Shown here piece after piece: positions 9,001 through 19,254 of a stretch of 64,000 bases of DNA. Every line of letters begins with the position of its first letter. The first letter of the stretch is position 1. Both the position numbers and the translations under genes were made by a program. The notes under the pieces were generated by a model. That model was not told where the DNA came from and did no database searches. It worked only from the letters and a program-made list of their open reading frames with translations. Origin of the DNA: Patescibacteria group bacterium (GTDB lineage Bacteria > Patescibacteriota > JAHJAL01); assembly GCA_049322675.1 (NCBI GenBank), contig JBMORM010000025.1, forward strand, positions 64,520 to 128,519, written 5' to 3'.

Positions 9001-9180
9001 AATACCAATTTATAATTTTTCCCTCACGGGACTTAAGCTGCTGCTGGCAATTTTCAAATATATTTTGTTGGGATTCTTGGGAGATTGTTAATTTATATAA
9101 GGATAGAACATTGTTCTGTCTTTTTTAACGTTTGGAAACTGGAAATTTTTTGGAAACTGGAAATTGGAAATTGGAAATTG
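9001..9180 (+). repeat. Heptamer palindromic element with nested 35-nt insert
   Basis: Insert tttttccctcacggga...ctgctgctggcaa also at 49598-49632; right arm (ggaaact/ggaaatt)n. Confidence 0.7.
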
Positions 9181-9192
9181 TATGATATTGGT

Positions 9193-10203
9193 ATGTTGAA
9201 AAAAAATAGATTATCAATATATTTCTGTTTATTCTCATTTGTTCTCAGTTTGTTCATGTTCGAAACGGTAAAAGCTGCCAATATAAATTTGGTTGGTGAT
9301 ATTGACGTGATCAAAGAAGGTGATGATTTTAGTTTGACTGATTACAAATTGGTATTGCGCAAGATTGGTCTTGATCAATTATGGCAAGGTGGTTTGAGTA
9401 GGGACGGAGAGAAGCTAAGTTTCAATTTGCCGATTGAAAATATCCAAAAAAATGACCAATTGGTATTGACTATTGAAGCCAAGGGAAGAAATGAAGTAGG
9501 TCGTGAGGCTGGGTATTTTGGAGGTAAGACAATTGTGGTGACATCTGATCAAGTTGAAAGGACAATGATCGATGATATTACTTTGGAAATGAGAATGATT
9601 CCGATACCCGAATATGAACAAACCGATGAAAAGACTATGAAAATTTGTTGGAAAGGGATGAGTGATTTCTCAGTGGTTGGCTATGAAGTTTATCGTTCGG
9701 ATGAAAAATCTGGTGATAGTTGGCAGTCGGTTGGCAGGTCAGGACAAAATGCAAACAAACAGGTTTGTTTTTTGGATAGTGAATTGACTGATGAGATTAT
9801 ATATTATCGTTTGGGGATATTAACCAGTTGGAATGCTGGAGAAAATAAAGAAGTGTTTGTTTCCAATATTTTGTCAGAAGTGAGTGATGGTTTGAGATTT
9901 GGAAGTGGCGTGGAAGATAAATTGATTAGAGAAGCTAGTATATTGAAAGAGACAGAAGATGACCAGACTCAAAGTGTCGTTAGTGCAAGCGAGAGCGATA
10001 GTGGGATGGTGAAGTATTGGACGTTTGCAGACAATTGGATCAACGTATTGTTTTCGAAATTGAAGGATAACAATATTTCAATTCAATTAACAATATTGTT
10101 GGTTTTGGCGGTGATTTTGTTGGCGGTAATTTTTTATTTTGTTTTGTCGGTTTGGTTTAGCAATGTGACTTCAAATGGCAGTAATGTTTGGAGAGAGAAG
10201 TAG
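9193..10203 (+). CDS. Secreted, C-terminally membrane-anchored protein with fibronectin-III-like domain
   Basis: Signal peptide (VKA-AN), ICW...VVGYEVYRS...YYRLG FN3 pattern, C-terminal TM helix; start at ATG 9193. Confidence 0.7.
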   Translation: MLKKNRLSIYFCLFSFVLSLFMFETVKAANINLVGDIDVIKEGDDFSLTDYKLVLRKIGLDQLWQGGLSRDGEKLSFNLPIENIQKNDQLVLTIEAKGRNEVGREAGYFGGKTIVVTSDQVERTMIDDITLEMRMIPIPEYEQTDEKTMKICWKGMSDFSVVGYEVYRSDEKSGDSWQSVGRSGQNANKQVCFLDSELTDEIIYYRLGILTSWNAGENKEVFVSNILSEVSDGLRFGSGVEDKLIREASILKETEDDQTQSVVSASESDSGMVKYWTFADNWINVLFSKLKDNNISIQLTILLVLAVILLAVIFYFVLSVWFSNVTSNGSNVWREK

Positions 10204-10210
10204 AAAAGAT

Positions 10211-10302
10211 AAGTTGTAAGTTGCAAGTAACAAGCAGCAAGTGGAGGGAAAATACAATTCAATAAAATAACTTGAAACTTGGTACTTGATACTTAATCCT
10301 TG
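10211..10302. repeat. Second-type heptamer palindrome (AAGnnnn / ACTTnnn units)
   Basis: aagttgt aagttgc aagtaac aagcagc aagtgg ... acttgaa acttggt acttgat acttaat ccttg. Confidence 0.6.
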
Positions 10303-10342
10303 TAGTGGATATAATTTAAATTAATAAATATAAAATTTGAAG

Positions 10343-12553
10343 ATGAAAAAAGAGGGTTGGAAATTGGGTCTGGCACTAGTGGCGGTAGCTGCTTTGTTTG
10401 TTGCTGGATCTATTATAGTGCGTCCTTTTCCTTGGTTAAAAGCCAATGAATATAATATTATTGGAAGTTTGAAGGTTGCGGGTAAAGATTTTGTTTTTTC
10501 TGGTGATAATCCGTTGGTAATCGACAATGTCAGAGTGATCAAGGGTTATGCTTTGGCAAATGATGGTAGTAAGATTTATTTTGATGGTCAGGGTGGGGCG
10601 GAGATGGAAATTGATCAAATTGGATTTTTACATGGAAGGTTGTATTCATCCGATTTAGGCGTTGTGGATATTGGTTTGAATAGCAATAGAATTGCCAAGA
10701 TTGATTTAGCTGGTAATTTATCAGCGGATTTTTTGTTGGACAATGGTCAAAATGTTCTTTTGTCTGGTAAAACTTCTTGGCGTCCTTATGAATTAAATAA
10801 GGTTTCTGTGCCTGAAAAGTTGGATTTGGGAGTAAACTCTACTGTTAGGATTGATCCTGTTGTTTTGGGTTTGGCGGGAAGAGATTTGTATGATGTTCAG
10901 ACAAAGTGGTCGAGTGGTGACGAGAATATTTCGGTGGATGAGTACGGATATGTTACCGCAAAAAAGCCTGGAGTATATGAAGGAGCGGTGATTTTTCAAG
11001 TGGGAGAAACAAAAAAGGCGATTACTTTGGCGGCTACTCAAGGGATAGATAAAATATCTCTAAAGCCAGCGGTAGTTCTTGCTCCGTCGGGTCCTCAAAA
11101 TTTTGATTTGACTTTTGACCCTTCTAGCAAAGGTGATGAGATAAGGGGAGCAACTGGAATAACTGTAACAGGAACATTTGTAAATTCGGCTAACAAAAGA
11201 GTAACATGCGGTGACTATGATAGAAATTTTAATCAGTTGAAAAATTGTATTTTTGCTCAGGCTGAGGACGCTGGAGTGTGGAATTTGGAGTTTGTTATTG
11301 ACGAAGGTGGTCAGCAGGGAAAGTACGTTTTTCCGAGTGTATTGACGGTAATCAAAAAAGATAGCGCGTTAAATATGTCTTTATTGGCCAATGTTTACAA
11401 TGGTAAAAATACTGTTGCCGAAGCAGATATCAATCCGGAAAATATTATTAAGTTGGAACCGGAGTCAGCAGGAGGTCCATGGTATAAGTATTTGCGTTAT
11501 AAAGCTATTATCAATTGGCCCGGTTATTTGTTGCCTAAGGATGCGCAAAAGGGAAAAATTAATTCGGGTGTTTTAAATATTTCTTTTAAAGGACAAGGAG
11601 TGAGTGTTTCTGGTGCTGATTCATGTAATGTTTCAGATGGTATTCCTTCGTCTTTTTCGGTGACAGTTGGTAGTCAAGATATTGCTACTGACAGTTTGGC
11701 GATTGATATTCCTGAGTCGGTGTCTGATGCAGTAGAGATGAATGCTTTATTGGTACAGGGTTGTGATTTTGTTGCTATGTTGGATGCCGATTTCAATGTG
11801 GTTTTGCCTGATGGGACAGTAATGAGTGGGATAAAAGGTGGGGCCGAAGTGAGGACAGCGGTAGCCGGTCGTAAAAGGGTGTCGATAACCGGGGATGTGT
11901 TGGTAGAGCAGGGTGATTTGCAGATTAAACGATTGGACGAAGATCAAAATTTATATTTGCTGGTTGCAAGTGAAGATGTAAAAGCTAGTGGCGGCCAGGG
12001 GACTGCGGGTAGTGTTTCAGATTATCAATTGGGAGAGGATTCAACTTATAATAAAATGATTAGTACTTTGAGAGATAAGGTAAATAAGTTGGTGATTGAA
12101 AGAGGGGTGCAGCCCCCTTTTGATCCGTCTTCGACTGGCTCGGTTGGAGTTTTGCAGAGTTTTAATCTTGAACAAAAACAAAAAAATCCGGAAGGGCGGA
12201 TTTTGGTAGCCAATTCGGCAGGCGGTGAGGTAAGGCTAAATAATTTCGATGTTGGTGGTTTACAAATATGTGCTCCGACTACCTTAGTAGTATATGGTCG
12301 GGACGTAGTAATTGAGGATGATATTATTATGAATACTGGTGGAAATAGCACTTGTGTGGAAAGGGGGAATTTTGGCTTGATTGTGTTTGATGGAAATATT
12401 AGTTTTGCTGGAGATAGTGGTCCCAACGGGGCAGTAGAGAAAGTGGAAGGTTTTTACTTTACAACCGGTACGATTTCTACAGGGGCCAGTCACAAGAAGT
12501 TTTCATTGCAAGGTGTTGCTTTTGCTCATGATTATATTTTGGAAAGATTTTAG
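10343..12553 (+). CDS. Large surface protein: N-terminal anchor, Ig-like domains, C-terminal beta-helix-like domain
   Basis: N-terminal TM helix; Big_2-like WSSGDENISVDEYGYVTAKKPG; C-terminal NPEG...GLIVFDGNISF...VEGFYFTTGTISTG...LQGVAFAHDYILERF. Confidence 0.7.
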   Translation: MKKEGWKLGLALVAVAALFVAGSIIVRPFPWLKANEYNIIGSLKVAGKDFVFSGDNPLVIDNVRVIKGYALANDGSKIYFDGQGGAEMEIDQIGFLHGRLYSSDLGVVDIGLNSNRIAKIDLAGNLSADFLLDNGQNVLLSGKTSWRPYELNKVSVPEKLDLGVNSTVRIDPVVLGLAGRDLYDVQTKWSSGDENISVDEYGYVTAKKPGVYEGAVIFQVGETKKAITLAATQGIDKISLKPAVVLAPSGPQNFDLTFDPSSKGDEIRGATGITVTGTFVNSANKRVTCGDYDRNFNQLKNCIFAQAEDAGVWNLEFVIDEGGQQGKYVFPSVLTVIKKDSALNMSLLANVYNGKNTVAEADINPENIIKLEPESAGGPWYKYLRYKAIINWPGYLLPKDAQKGKINSGVLNISFKGQGVSVSGADSCNVSDGIPSSFSVTVGSQDIATDSLAIDIPESVSDAVEMNALLVQGCDFVAMLDADFNVVLPDGTVMSGIKGGAEVRTAVAGRKRVSITGDVLVEQGDLQIKRLDEDQNLYLLVASEDVKASGGQGTAGSVSDYQLGEDSTYNKMISTLRDKVNKLVIERGVQPPFDPSSTGSVGVLQSFNLEQKQKNPEGRILVANSAGGEVRLNNFDVGGLQICAPTTLVVYGRDVVIEDDIIMNTGGNSTCVERGNFGLIVFDGNISFAGDSGPNGAVEKVEGFYFTTGTISTGASHKKFSLQGVAFAHDYILERF

Positions 12554-12601
12554 TTTTATTGGAATCAGTATTTCTTTGAAGTTTGGTTAAAAAGGAAAAA
12601 T

Positions 12602-13261
12602 ATGTCAGTAAAAAACAGCGAACTATTTGTAAGGATGGGGAAGTTGTTTTTGGTGGTGACGATGTTGTGTGTCGCTTTTGTAGTGACCTATTTTCTTATT
12701 ATGATGTCTTCTGGCAAGTATTTGCATTTTTCTGATTCACAGAAGTTGGAGGTGGAAAAAGAATATGAAGCTGTGACAGTTATGGCTAAAATATTTAGTG
12801 TGGATGAAAATAATTTAGTATTGCTTGAAGAAGGTACCGGGCGTTCGCTCAGTTTGGTACTTTCAAGTGCGAGCAAAATTGAAAAATATAATTCTGTAAA
12901 TAGAACGATTGATGTTTTAAATATATCCTCATTGATTTCCGGGTTACCAGTGATGGCGACTTTTAATCATACTAGCAAATTGATAGAAAAAATCACGATA
13001 TTGCCGGCGACTGTTTCCGGTAGAGTTTTGAGAAATGTTGCTGGGGTTGTGACGATAGATAATCTTTCGCAAGATAATTCGATTAGAACCGATATTAATA
13101 CTCTGGTCAGCAAGCAGGATGGCTTGGGTTCGATTGAGAGCGATTTGACTATTGCCGATGTAGTCATTGATGATAGAGTTTTGATTACTTTATCTGATAG
13201 TGGAGATAGGTTGGCATCCGAGATTAGTATTTTGTCGATTTCGGCGGAGGAACCTATATGA
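12602..13261 (+). CDS. Membrane-anchored tandem OB-fold-like (DUF5666-like) protein, cassette 1 gene A
   Basis: ELFVRMGKLFL plus TM helix; paralog of 18560-19234. Confidence 0.65.
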   Translation: MSVKNSELFVRMGKLFLVVTMLCVAFVVTYFLIMMSSGKYLHFSDSQKLEVEKEYEAVTVMAKIFSVDENNLVLLEEGTGRSLSLVLSSASKIEKYNSVNRTIDVLNISSLISGLPVMATFNHTSKLIEKITILPATVSGRVLRNVAGVVTIDNLSQDNSIRTDINTLVSKQDGLGSIESDLTIADVVIDDRVLITLSDSGDRLASEISILSISAEEPI

Positions 13262-14109
13262 AATCGTTGCAGACAGAAAAACAAGTAGCGAAAAAATCTG
13301 TTTTATACAAGTATGTGATAATTGTTTTTATTGTGTTGGTTTTGTTTGTAATATTTATGATGATATTTTTTCGGATGTTTTCTGGTCGAGTTCCAGAATC
13401 TAGTACCGGTGATGATTTGCGTGATATTTCGGTTGTGAAAAATGAAGGTATAGATATTGTTCCAAATTTTTTGCCGGCAAAAGGTAGGTTAATTGAATTG
13501 ACCAACGCTGAAGCGACGATTCAAGATAGAATAACGGAAAAGATGGAAAAGGTGATTTTTTCTGATCTGACTACTTATTATTTTTGGGATCAAACAAATT
13601 TTGGTTATCAGCAAGGGACGCAGGAAAATTTGCACTTGGGGGATAATTTATCTTTGACCTACGCATCAAATGAAAAAAACAACGAGGAGGTATCTGTGGT
13701 TATGATTACCCCTCCATATTTTGAGTCGGGTTATGTGGAACAGATCGAAGGGAATAAGATTATCTTGGTTGACAATAAAGGTAAAAAATTTAATTTAAAT
13801 AATTGCGAGTTGGCTGTTGTGGAAAAGAGTGATGGAGTAGGACAAAAAATGAGAGCAACTTTCGATGAGATTAAAATTGGAGATTTGGTGACAGTTTATT
13901 CTTCATATGGTGTTCAGTATGATGATGCAACCTTTGAACCATCTTATCTTCAATTTATTTCTAAACAGAGCGATTTCTTGGATTTGTCTGAAATATCAAA
14001 TCAGCCGCTTGAATTTGAAGTTGAAAATCAAAATTTGGTAAACAGTGAAAATCTTCCGGCCGGGATAAATCCGACGGGGGTGGTGCCGGGGGTAGAGATT
14101 GGAAGTTGA
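13258..14109 (+). CDS. Membrane-anchored DUF5666-like protein, cassette 1 gene B
   Basis: TM helix; G-x-V-x-x-I-EG and IKIGDLVTV patterns; paralog of 19255-20142. Confidence 0.65.
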   Translation: MKSLQTEKQVAKKSVLYKYVIIVFIVLVLFVIFMMIFFRMFSGRVPESSTGDDLRDISVVKNEGIDIVPNFLPAKGRLIELTNAEATIQDRITEKMEKVIFSDLTTYYFWDQTNFGYQQGTQENLHLGDNLSLTYASNEKNNEEVSVVMITPPYFESGYVEQIEGNKIILVDNKGKKFNLNNCELAVVEKSDGVGQKMRATFDEIKIGDLVTVYSSYGVQYDDATFEPSYLQFISKQSDFLDLSEISNQPLEFEVENQNLVNSENLPAGINPTGVVPGVEIGS

Positions 14110-14143
14110 GATGTTTTTTAATTAAAAATAATTAAATTTGTTG

Positions 14144-15451
14144 ATGAAAAAAATTCTAATTACTTTATTTTTGTCTTTTTTGATGTTACCGCTAAATGTT
14201 TTGGCGCAAGATAATCTAGATATGCAGATTGATAAATCTCAGGTTGGTGTCGAGGACGGTTTATATATATATGATGTTAAGGTTGAAGATAAAAATGATA
14301 ATAATTTAGGTGTCACTTTTGTTTTAGATAACAAGGCTAAGGCAAAGTTGAATTTGCATTACAATTTGGCGTTGGTTAAGGCTGATGGAAGTGGCCCGAT
14401 TGTAAGGTATTTTTCCAAGAACGATAAAAAGATTTTTAGTGTATCTCCTTATGAAAAAATTACTGAGCATTTGGATTTTGATGTGCCGGATTTTTATCAA
14501 GGTAGTTATAGAGTAGTGGTGAGGATTGGCAGTGTTTCTGGTTTGTCTTATGTGGGTATTTCCGAAAATGAAGTTATTTTGAGTGGTGATGGAAAATATA
14601 TCGATTTGTCTGAATGTAGAGTTTTGGTTGATACAGAAAAGGATAAAGATTATGGTTTGCAGTTGGGATTGGTTTTAAATCGTGGCGAGCGAGGGTATAT
14701 AAATTGTTTGGCAAAAAATATTTCTGATAGCGATATTCAGGTGAAAAGCAGTCAGGATATTTTTTTGAGAGACGAATTTAGCGATTTGCAAGATACAATA
14801 ACTGAAGATAGTGTTGTTGCTTTTTCGCCGAGGCAAGAAAAAAATATCAGTTTTATTATTTTGGGAACGGACGGGTTGTCTCCTCAGGCTTATACCAATG
14901 TATTACGTTTAGTTTCTGATGGTAGGATATTGTCCAATGATATTTATTTTCATTATATTATTTCTGGATTATCAGGTAGTATAAACAAAGTGGTTCTGGA
15001 TAAAGATTATTATCAAATGGGGGATGTGGCTTTGTTGGAGTTAGGTATTACAGATAGGGCTGACATATACAATGGTTCTCGGTTTACAGGAAAAGAATCA
15101 GAAAAGGGCATGATTGAAATCGAGTTGTTAAATAAAAACAACGAAGTTTGTGTTAGAAATATTACTGATTTGGATCAGTTACAAATATTGGATAATAATT
15201 ACAACTTTTCTTTAAAAATTGTAAAAGAATGTATTGATCCTTATATAAAATTAAATTTGTCCGATAAAAGTGGCAACAGTTTAGATAAATTTGATGCTAA
15301 ACTTCTGAGTAAAAGTATTTCGAGCCAAAAAAATGAAGTAAAAATTCAAAATGAAAAATATGATGTTTCTTATTTTTGGTATGTTTTGATTTTTTTGATT
15401 GGATTTATATTTGTCATTGTTCTATTTTTATCGAAGAGGAAGAAAAGATGA
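14144..15451 (+). CDS. Secreted beta-sandwich protein with C-terminal membrane anchor
   Basis: Signal peptide (VLA-QD), C-terminal TM helix plus KRKKR. Confidence 0.7.
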   Translation: MKKILITLFLSFLMLPLNVLAQDNLDMQIDKSQVGVEDGLYIYDVKVEDKNDNNLGVTFVLDNKAKAKLNLHYNLALVKADGSGPIVRYFSKNDKKIFSVSPYEKITEHLDFDVPDFYQGSYRVVVRIGSVSGLSYVGISENEVILSGDGKYIDLSECRVLVDTEKDKDYGLQLGLVLNRGERGYINCLAKNISDSDIQVKSSQDIFLRDEFSDLQDTITEDSVVAFSPRQEKNISFIILGTDGLSPQAYTNVLRLVSDGRILSNDIYFHYIISGLSGSINKVVLDKDYYQMGDVALLELGITDRADIYNGSRFTGKESEKGMIEIELLNKNNEVCVRNITDLDQLQILDNNYNFSLKIVKECIDPYIKLNLSDKSGNSLDKFDAKLLSKSISSQKNEVKIQNEKYDVSYFWYVLIFLIGFIFVIVLFLSKRKKR

Positions 15452-18429
15452 AATATTTTTATTTGTCATCGATATTGTTGGCTATATTTTTGTTTAATGC
15501 CGATTTTGCGAAGGCAAATTCAGTTAATAGTCAGTTTCGATTTGAGTGTGATGAGCCTGATTGTCCAACTGGTTGCTATAATTCTGGTTGTGATAGTTGT
15601 GATACGAATTGCGGAAATTATCCTTGTATATGCATGGGTGGAGGGCCTAATACTAGTGGCTGTATTGGTTATTCTATTAATACCAGTAAGGATGAATATC
15701 GTCCGGGAGAAAATGTTTCGATATATTACTCAACTTATGATGGCGGGGGATGTAATAACTATGGTCCTGATTGGGAAGATGCGATTAGAGTGTATTTGAA
15801 TAATATTGATGTGGGAGGCTTGGTATATTTTCCTACTGGTTGGTGGAATTATGGTTTAGCTCCGGCATGTAGCGATCCCAACGGTTGTATTTATAATGTC
15901 TCAGTTGGTTTTAGGTCGTGTAATGGTCAATCGCCTCTAAGAAATGTTAATACTGTTTCTTTTAGAGTAAGACAGCCGAACGATTATGCTCCGGTTATAA
16001 ATAGTACTTCTCCGACTAATGGTGAGGTGAAGTGCACTAATCGTCTTCGGGTGGGAATATATGCCAATGATGGAGATGGGGCGACTCAGTTGAATTCCGA
16101 TTTTTATAATGGTGCTGGGACGAAAATTGGTGATGATGATCGTTGGGCAGGGCCTGGTTTGGAGTGGTTTTTGACCAATGATTTGAATTGGAATCCGGGA
16201 AGAAATGATTGGAGTGCGAGTATTTCCGATGGAAAATTTTCAACTTCAGTTAGTCGTTATTTCGTAGTGAATAGGAATCCTTCTTGTTCGTCAGTTTCTG
16301 GTCCGACCGGTGTTAAAAATCCTGGTAGTTATCAGTTTAATATGTCCACTAGTGACCAGGATGGAAATATTAATAATGCTAAGATCGTATTGAGTAATGG
16401 AGCAGAAATTGATCCGGGTGGTTATTATAGTGCTCCTGCAGGAAATTATTCCTATTATGGTCGAGTTAGAGATATTTGTACAACATCTACTTGTGCGGGA
16501 AGTAATTTTAGATTAAATGATGTGCCGTCGATAAGTGTATTCACGGCTACTCCGGGTTGCGATGTCAATAGTGGTGAGTATTATTCTTGGACTGTAAATA
16601 TCAGTGATCAAGACAATGTATCTTGGAGGTTGTATGAGAGTATAAATTCCGGAGCTTATACCCAAATCTATAGTTCGACACAAAAAAATAGGCAAGGCAC
16701 AAGATCGTTCGGTTTTGGTAATAAGAATATAAGATTGCGTTTGGATGTAGTTGATGATTATGGTGCTTCTGCGACAAGATCATATGGACCTTTTACTTTA
16801 AATTGTTCGCCCAAGTCTCCAACTGATTTGAGAGAGACGGTTAGTTGTCGTAATGTCAATTTGTCCGCTTGGGTAGAAGATCCTGATGGAGGTAATTTGA
16901 CGGTTACATTTAGTCCGAATGTAACATTTACTCCATCTGGGGGGAATGTTGTCAATGTTTCTAGTGGGAGGAGGGCGAGTGTAGATTTGGTATTACCCAT
17001 GAATTCCAATTTCACTTGGTCGGTTAGTGCAACTGATAATTTGTCTCCTTTGGTTCGGACTAATAGGGGTTTGTCGTTGTGGACCAATCGTACTCCTTTT
17101 GATAAACATTCCGATGGTATTACTTATGTCGGTGTTTTGAATCCGGTAGCAATTAATCTTGATTTGACTCAAAATCCAAATAGTTTGGTTATTAGTCCCA
17201 GGTTTGTGATTGATTATGATAAAACTGGGTTGGGAGCATTGAATATGGATGATTATAGTACTGAGAACGGTGATACATCTGATCCTTCGGCTTTGAATCA
17301 GGAAGTGAAGTCGAGGTTTTATCTTGATGTTTGGACTTTGGTCAATGGTAGTTGGGTTTGGTACAATGTTGGTTATAGTCCAAATCTTCTTGATCCTGCA
17401 GTAACATCGCTATCTTCGTCTAGCGCTCAATACTCACATAGAGAAAATTTCTCTGGTTTGTATGCTGGAGATTGGCAATATCGGGCAACTGATACTGATA
17501 AATGTGGAGCGGCGGTGACTAGTCCAAATTATTTATTTAGAGTAGCGCCACCAGTGCCAATCAATCTATCGGTCAATATGGGTACGGCTGGTTGTCCGAT
17601 TTGCGGGAATAGAAATACGGCAATCGTGTTGGATTGGGATGATGTGCCATATATTCAGTATGCTCAATCAACGTCAATTGGAGGAGGATATCGAGTTGAT
17701 TGGAGCAATGATGGAGGAACAACTTGGCGGCCGGTGACCAAATCTTTGCCTGATTCTACTGCTGGTTGGACAAGTGATAGCCGAATAGTATTGGTGACTG
17801 ATGTGTTAAATTTGTATGATTTGTCTACTTCAACTGTTAGAAATATTCGTTATCGTGTAGCTTCATACTCAAATGGTATAAGATCAAATTGGCTATATTC
17901 TGATATTGTGCCATACAATTGTGAGATACCTACCGGAGTGGCTGTCAATTCTGGAAATTCGATTGAATTGCGTGCCGATGAAAATTCTCAACCTGTCAAT
18001 GTTTTGTTGACATGTAGAAGATTCAATGATCCTTCGGGTGTGGTGTCCGGGACATCGACAATCAATCAAGTTGACCGGGCGAGAGCCGCCAATCCTAATA
18101 ATTCTTCTCCGACTATCAACTGGACTATTGTTAATTTAACCAATTGTTCGAGCGGGACGGAAATGGTAAATAATCCTGTTTCAGATGGAACGATCCCAAA
18201 AAATATTTTGCATGCTGGAACTAATACTACTCTCAGCCCATGCGATGGGTATTTGTGGGCCAAATTAACCAACTTTGGTTGGTCAGATGTGGGAATCAAC
18301 GAACTAAATGGTAATGTATATGTGGCGATAAATCCGCGAGCAACAGAAGAATTCAACTATTCCGGGGAAGTTATTTCCAATCCGCCGCCTGGTTTTGAAA
18401 AATTGGATTTACCGGGTGTGGAGAAATAA
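15448..18429 (+). CDS. Large Cys-rich Ig/FN3-repeat adhesin-like protein, cassette 1
   Basis: Start ATG 15448 overlaps upstream TGA; signal peptide; repeated N-x-x-P...D-x-DG units; C-terminus ATEEFNYSGEVISNPPPGFEKLDLPG shared with 21534-24458. Confidence 0.75.
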   Translation: MKYFYLSSILLAIFLFNADFAKANSVNSQFRFECDEPDCPTGCYNSGCDSCDTNCGNYPCICMGGGPNTSGCIGYSINTSKDEYRPGENVSIYYSTYDGGGCNNYGPDWEDAIRVYLNNIDVGGLVYFPTGWWNYGLAPACSDPNGCIYNVSVGFRSCNGQSPLRNVNTVSFRVRQPNDYAPVINSTSPTNGEVKCTNRLRVGIYANDGDGATQLNSDFYNGAGTKIGDDDRWAGPGLEWFLTNDLNWNPGRNDWSASISDGKFSTSVSRYFVVNRNPSCSSVSGPTGVKNPGSYQFNMSTSDQDGNINNAKIVLSNGAEIDPGGYYSAPAGNYSYYGRVRDICTTSTCAGSNFRLNDVPSISVFTATPGCDVNSGEYYSWTVNISDQDNVSWRLYESINSGAYTQIYSSTQKNRQGTRSFGFGNKNIRLRLDVVDDYGASATRSYGPFTLNCSPKSPTDLRETVSCRNVNLSAWVEDPDGGNLTVTFSPNVTFTPSGGNVVNVSSGRRASVDLVLPMNSNFTWSVSATDNLSPLVRTNRGLSLWTNRTPFDKHSDGITYVGVLNPVAINLDLTQNPNSLVISPRFVIDYDKTGLGALNMDDYSTENGDTSDPSALNQEVKSRFYLDVWTLVNGSWVWYNVGYSPNLLDPAVTSLSSSSAQYSHRENFSGLYAGDWQYRATDTDKCGAAVTSPNYLFRVAPPVPINLSVNMGTAGCPICGNRNTAIVLDWDDVPYIQYAQSTSIGGGYRVDWSNDGGTTWRPVTKSLPDSTAGWTSDSRIVLVTDVLNLYDLSTSTVRNIRYRVASYSNGIRSNWLYSDIVPYNCEIPTGVAVNSGNSIELRADENSQPVNVLLTCRRFNDPSGVVSGTSTINQVDRARAANPNNSSPTINWTIVNLTNCSSGTEMVNNPVSDGTIPKNILHAGTNTTLSPCDGYLWAKLTNFGWSDVGINELNGNVYVAINPRATEEFNYSGEVISNPPPGFEKLDLPGVEK

Positions 18430-18559
18430 ATTGTTGTTTGGCGATGTTGTTTATTTGAGGCGGGCTTTCAAGTCCGCCCGGATTTTTTTGTAAAATCTGA
18501 TCGATTATTATGTTAAAATTGTAATTAGTTTAAGGTTTTATATTAAGGAGTGGAAAAAT

Positions 18560-19234
18560 ATGCCTGGGAAAAATAATGGTGAGTTATTTGCACGGCTTGG
18601 AAGATTATTTTTAATATTGGTAGCTTTGTGTTTGGCAGTAATATTAATATATTTCGTTGTTTTGCTGGCGACAGGTCAGGTGACCAATCCACAAAAAAAT
18701 ATTAATGAAAAAGAGTCGGAAATATCTCAAGTTCAAGTTCCGATAAATATTTTGAGTGGAGAAATAAGAAAAATTGAAGATAAAAATATAGAGTTTTTTG
18801 ATATGCAAAAGAATCAATTGTTGCAGTTGACCGTTTTGGATTATGCCGTGATTGATAAATACAATCCAAGCACAAATATTAATAGCGAGTTGACCTTAGA
18901 AGAAATTCAACCTGTATCTTTGGGTAATCTGACTTTGGACGATCAAGGCCAAGTGTCTCATATTACTATTTTACCCGCGGTAAATATTTCGGGTGAAGTG
19001 ACAAATAATCAGGCCGGAGTTATCACCTTGAAGTCAAACAATTCTGATTACACAGTGCGGGTTAATGCAATGACAAAAATTAATAAACAAAAAACTGATG
19101 GTACTTTGGAAAATGACTTGACTGAGTCTGATATCCAAGTGGGTGAAGTAATTTCTGTTGTATCTGACAGCGATACAAAAGTTGGGTCCAAGTCATTTGT
19201 GGCGGGCTTGATTAGTATTTTATCCAGATCATAA
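18560..19234 (+). CDS. Membrane-anchored DUF5666-like protein, cassette 2 gene A
   Basis: ELFARLGRLFL, ITILPA, NQAGVIT, ENDLT, ISILS match 12602-13261. Confidence 0.65.
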   Translation: MPGKNNGELFARLGRLFLILVALCLAVILIYFVVLLATGQVTNPQKNINEKESEISQVQVPINILSGEIRKIEDKNIEFFDMQKNQLLQLTVLDYAVIDKYNPSTNINSELTLEEIQPVSLGNLTLDDQGQVSHITILPAVNISGEVTNNQAGVITLKSNNSDYTVRVNAMTKINKQKTDGTLENDLTESDIQVGEVISVVSDSDTKVGSKSFVAGLISILSRS

Positions 19235-19254
19235 TTTTTATTAAAAGTATTTTT

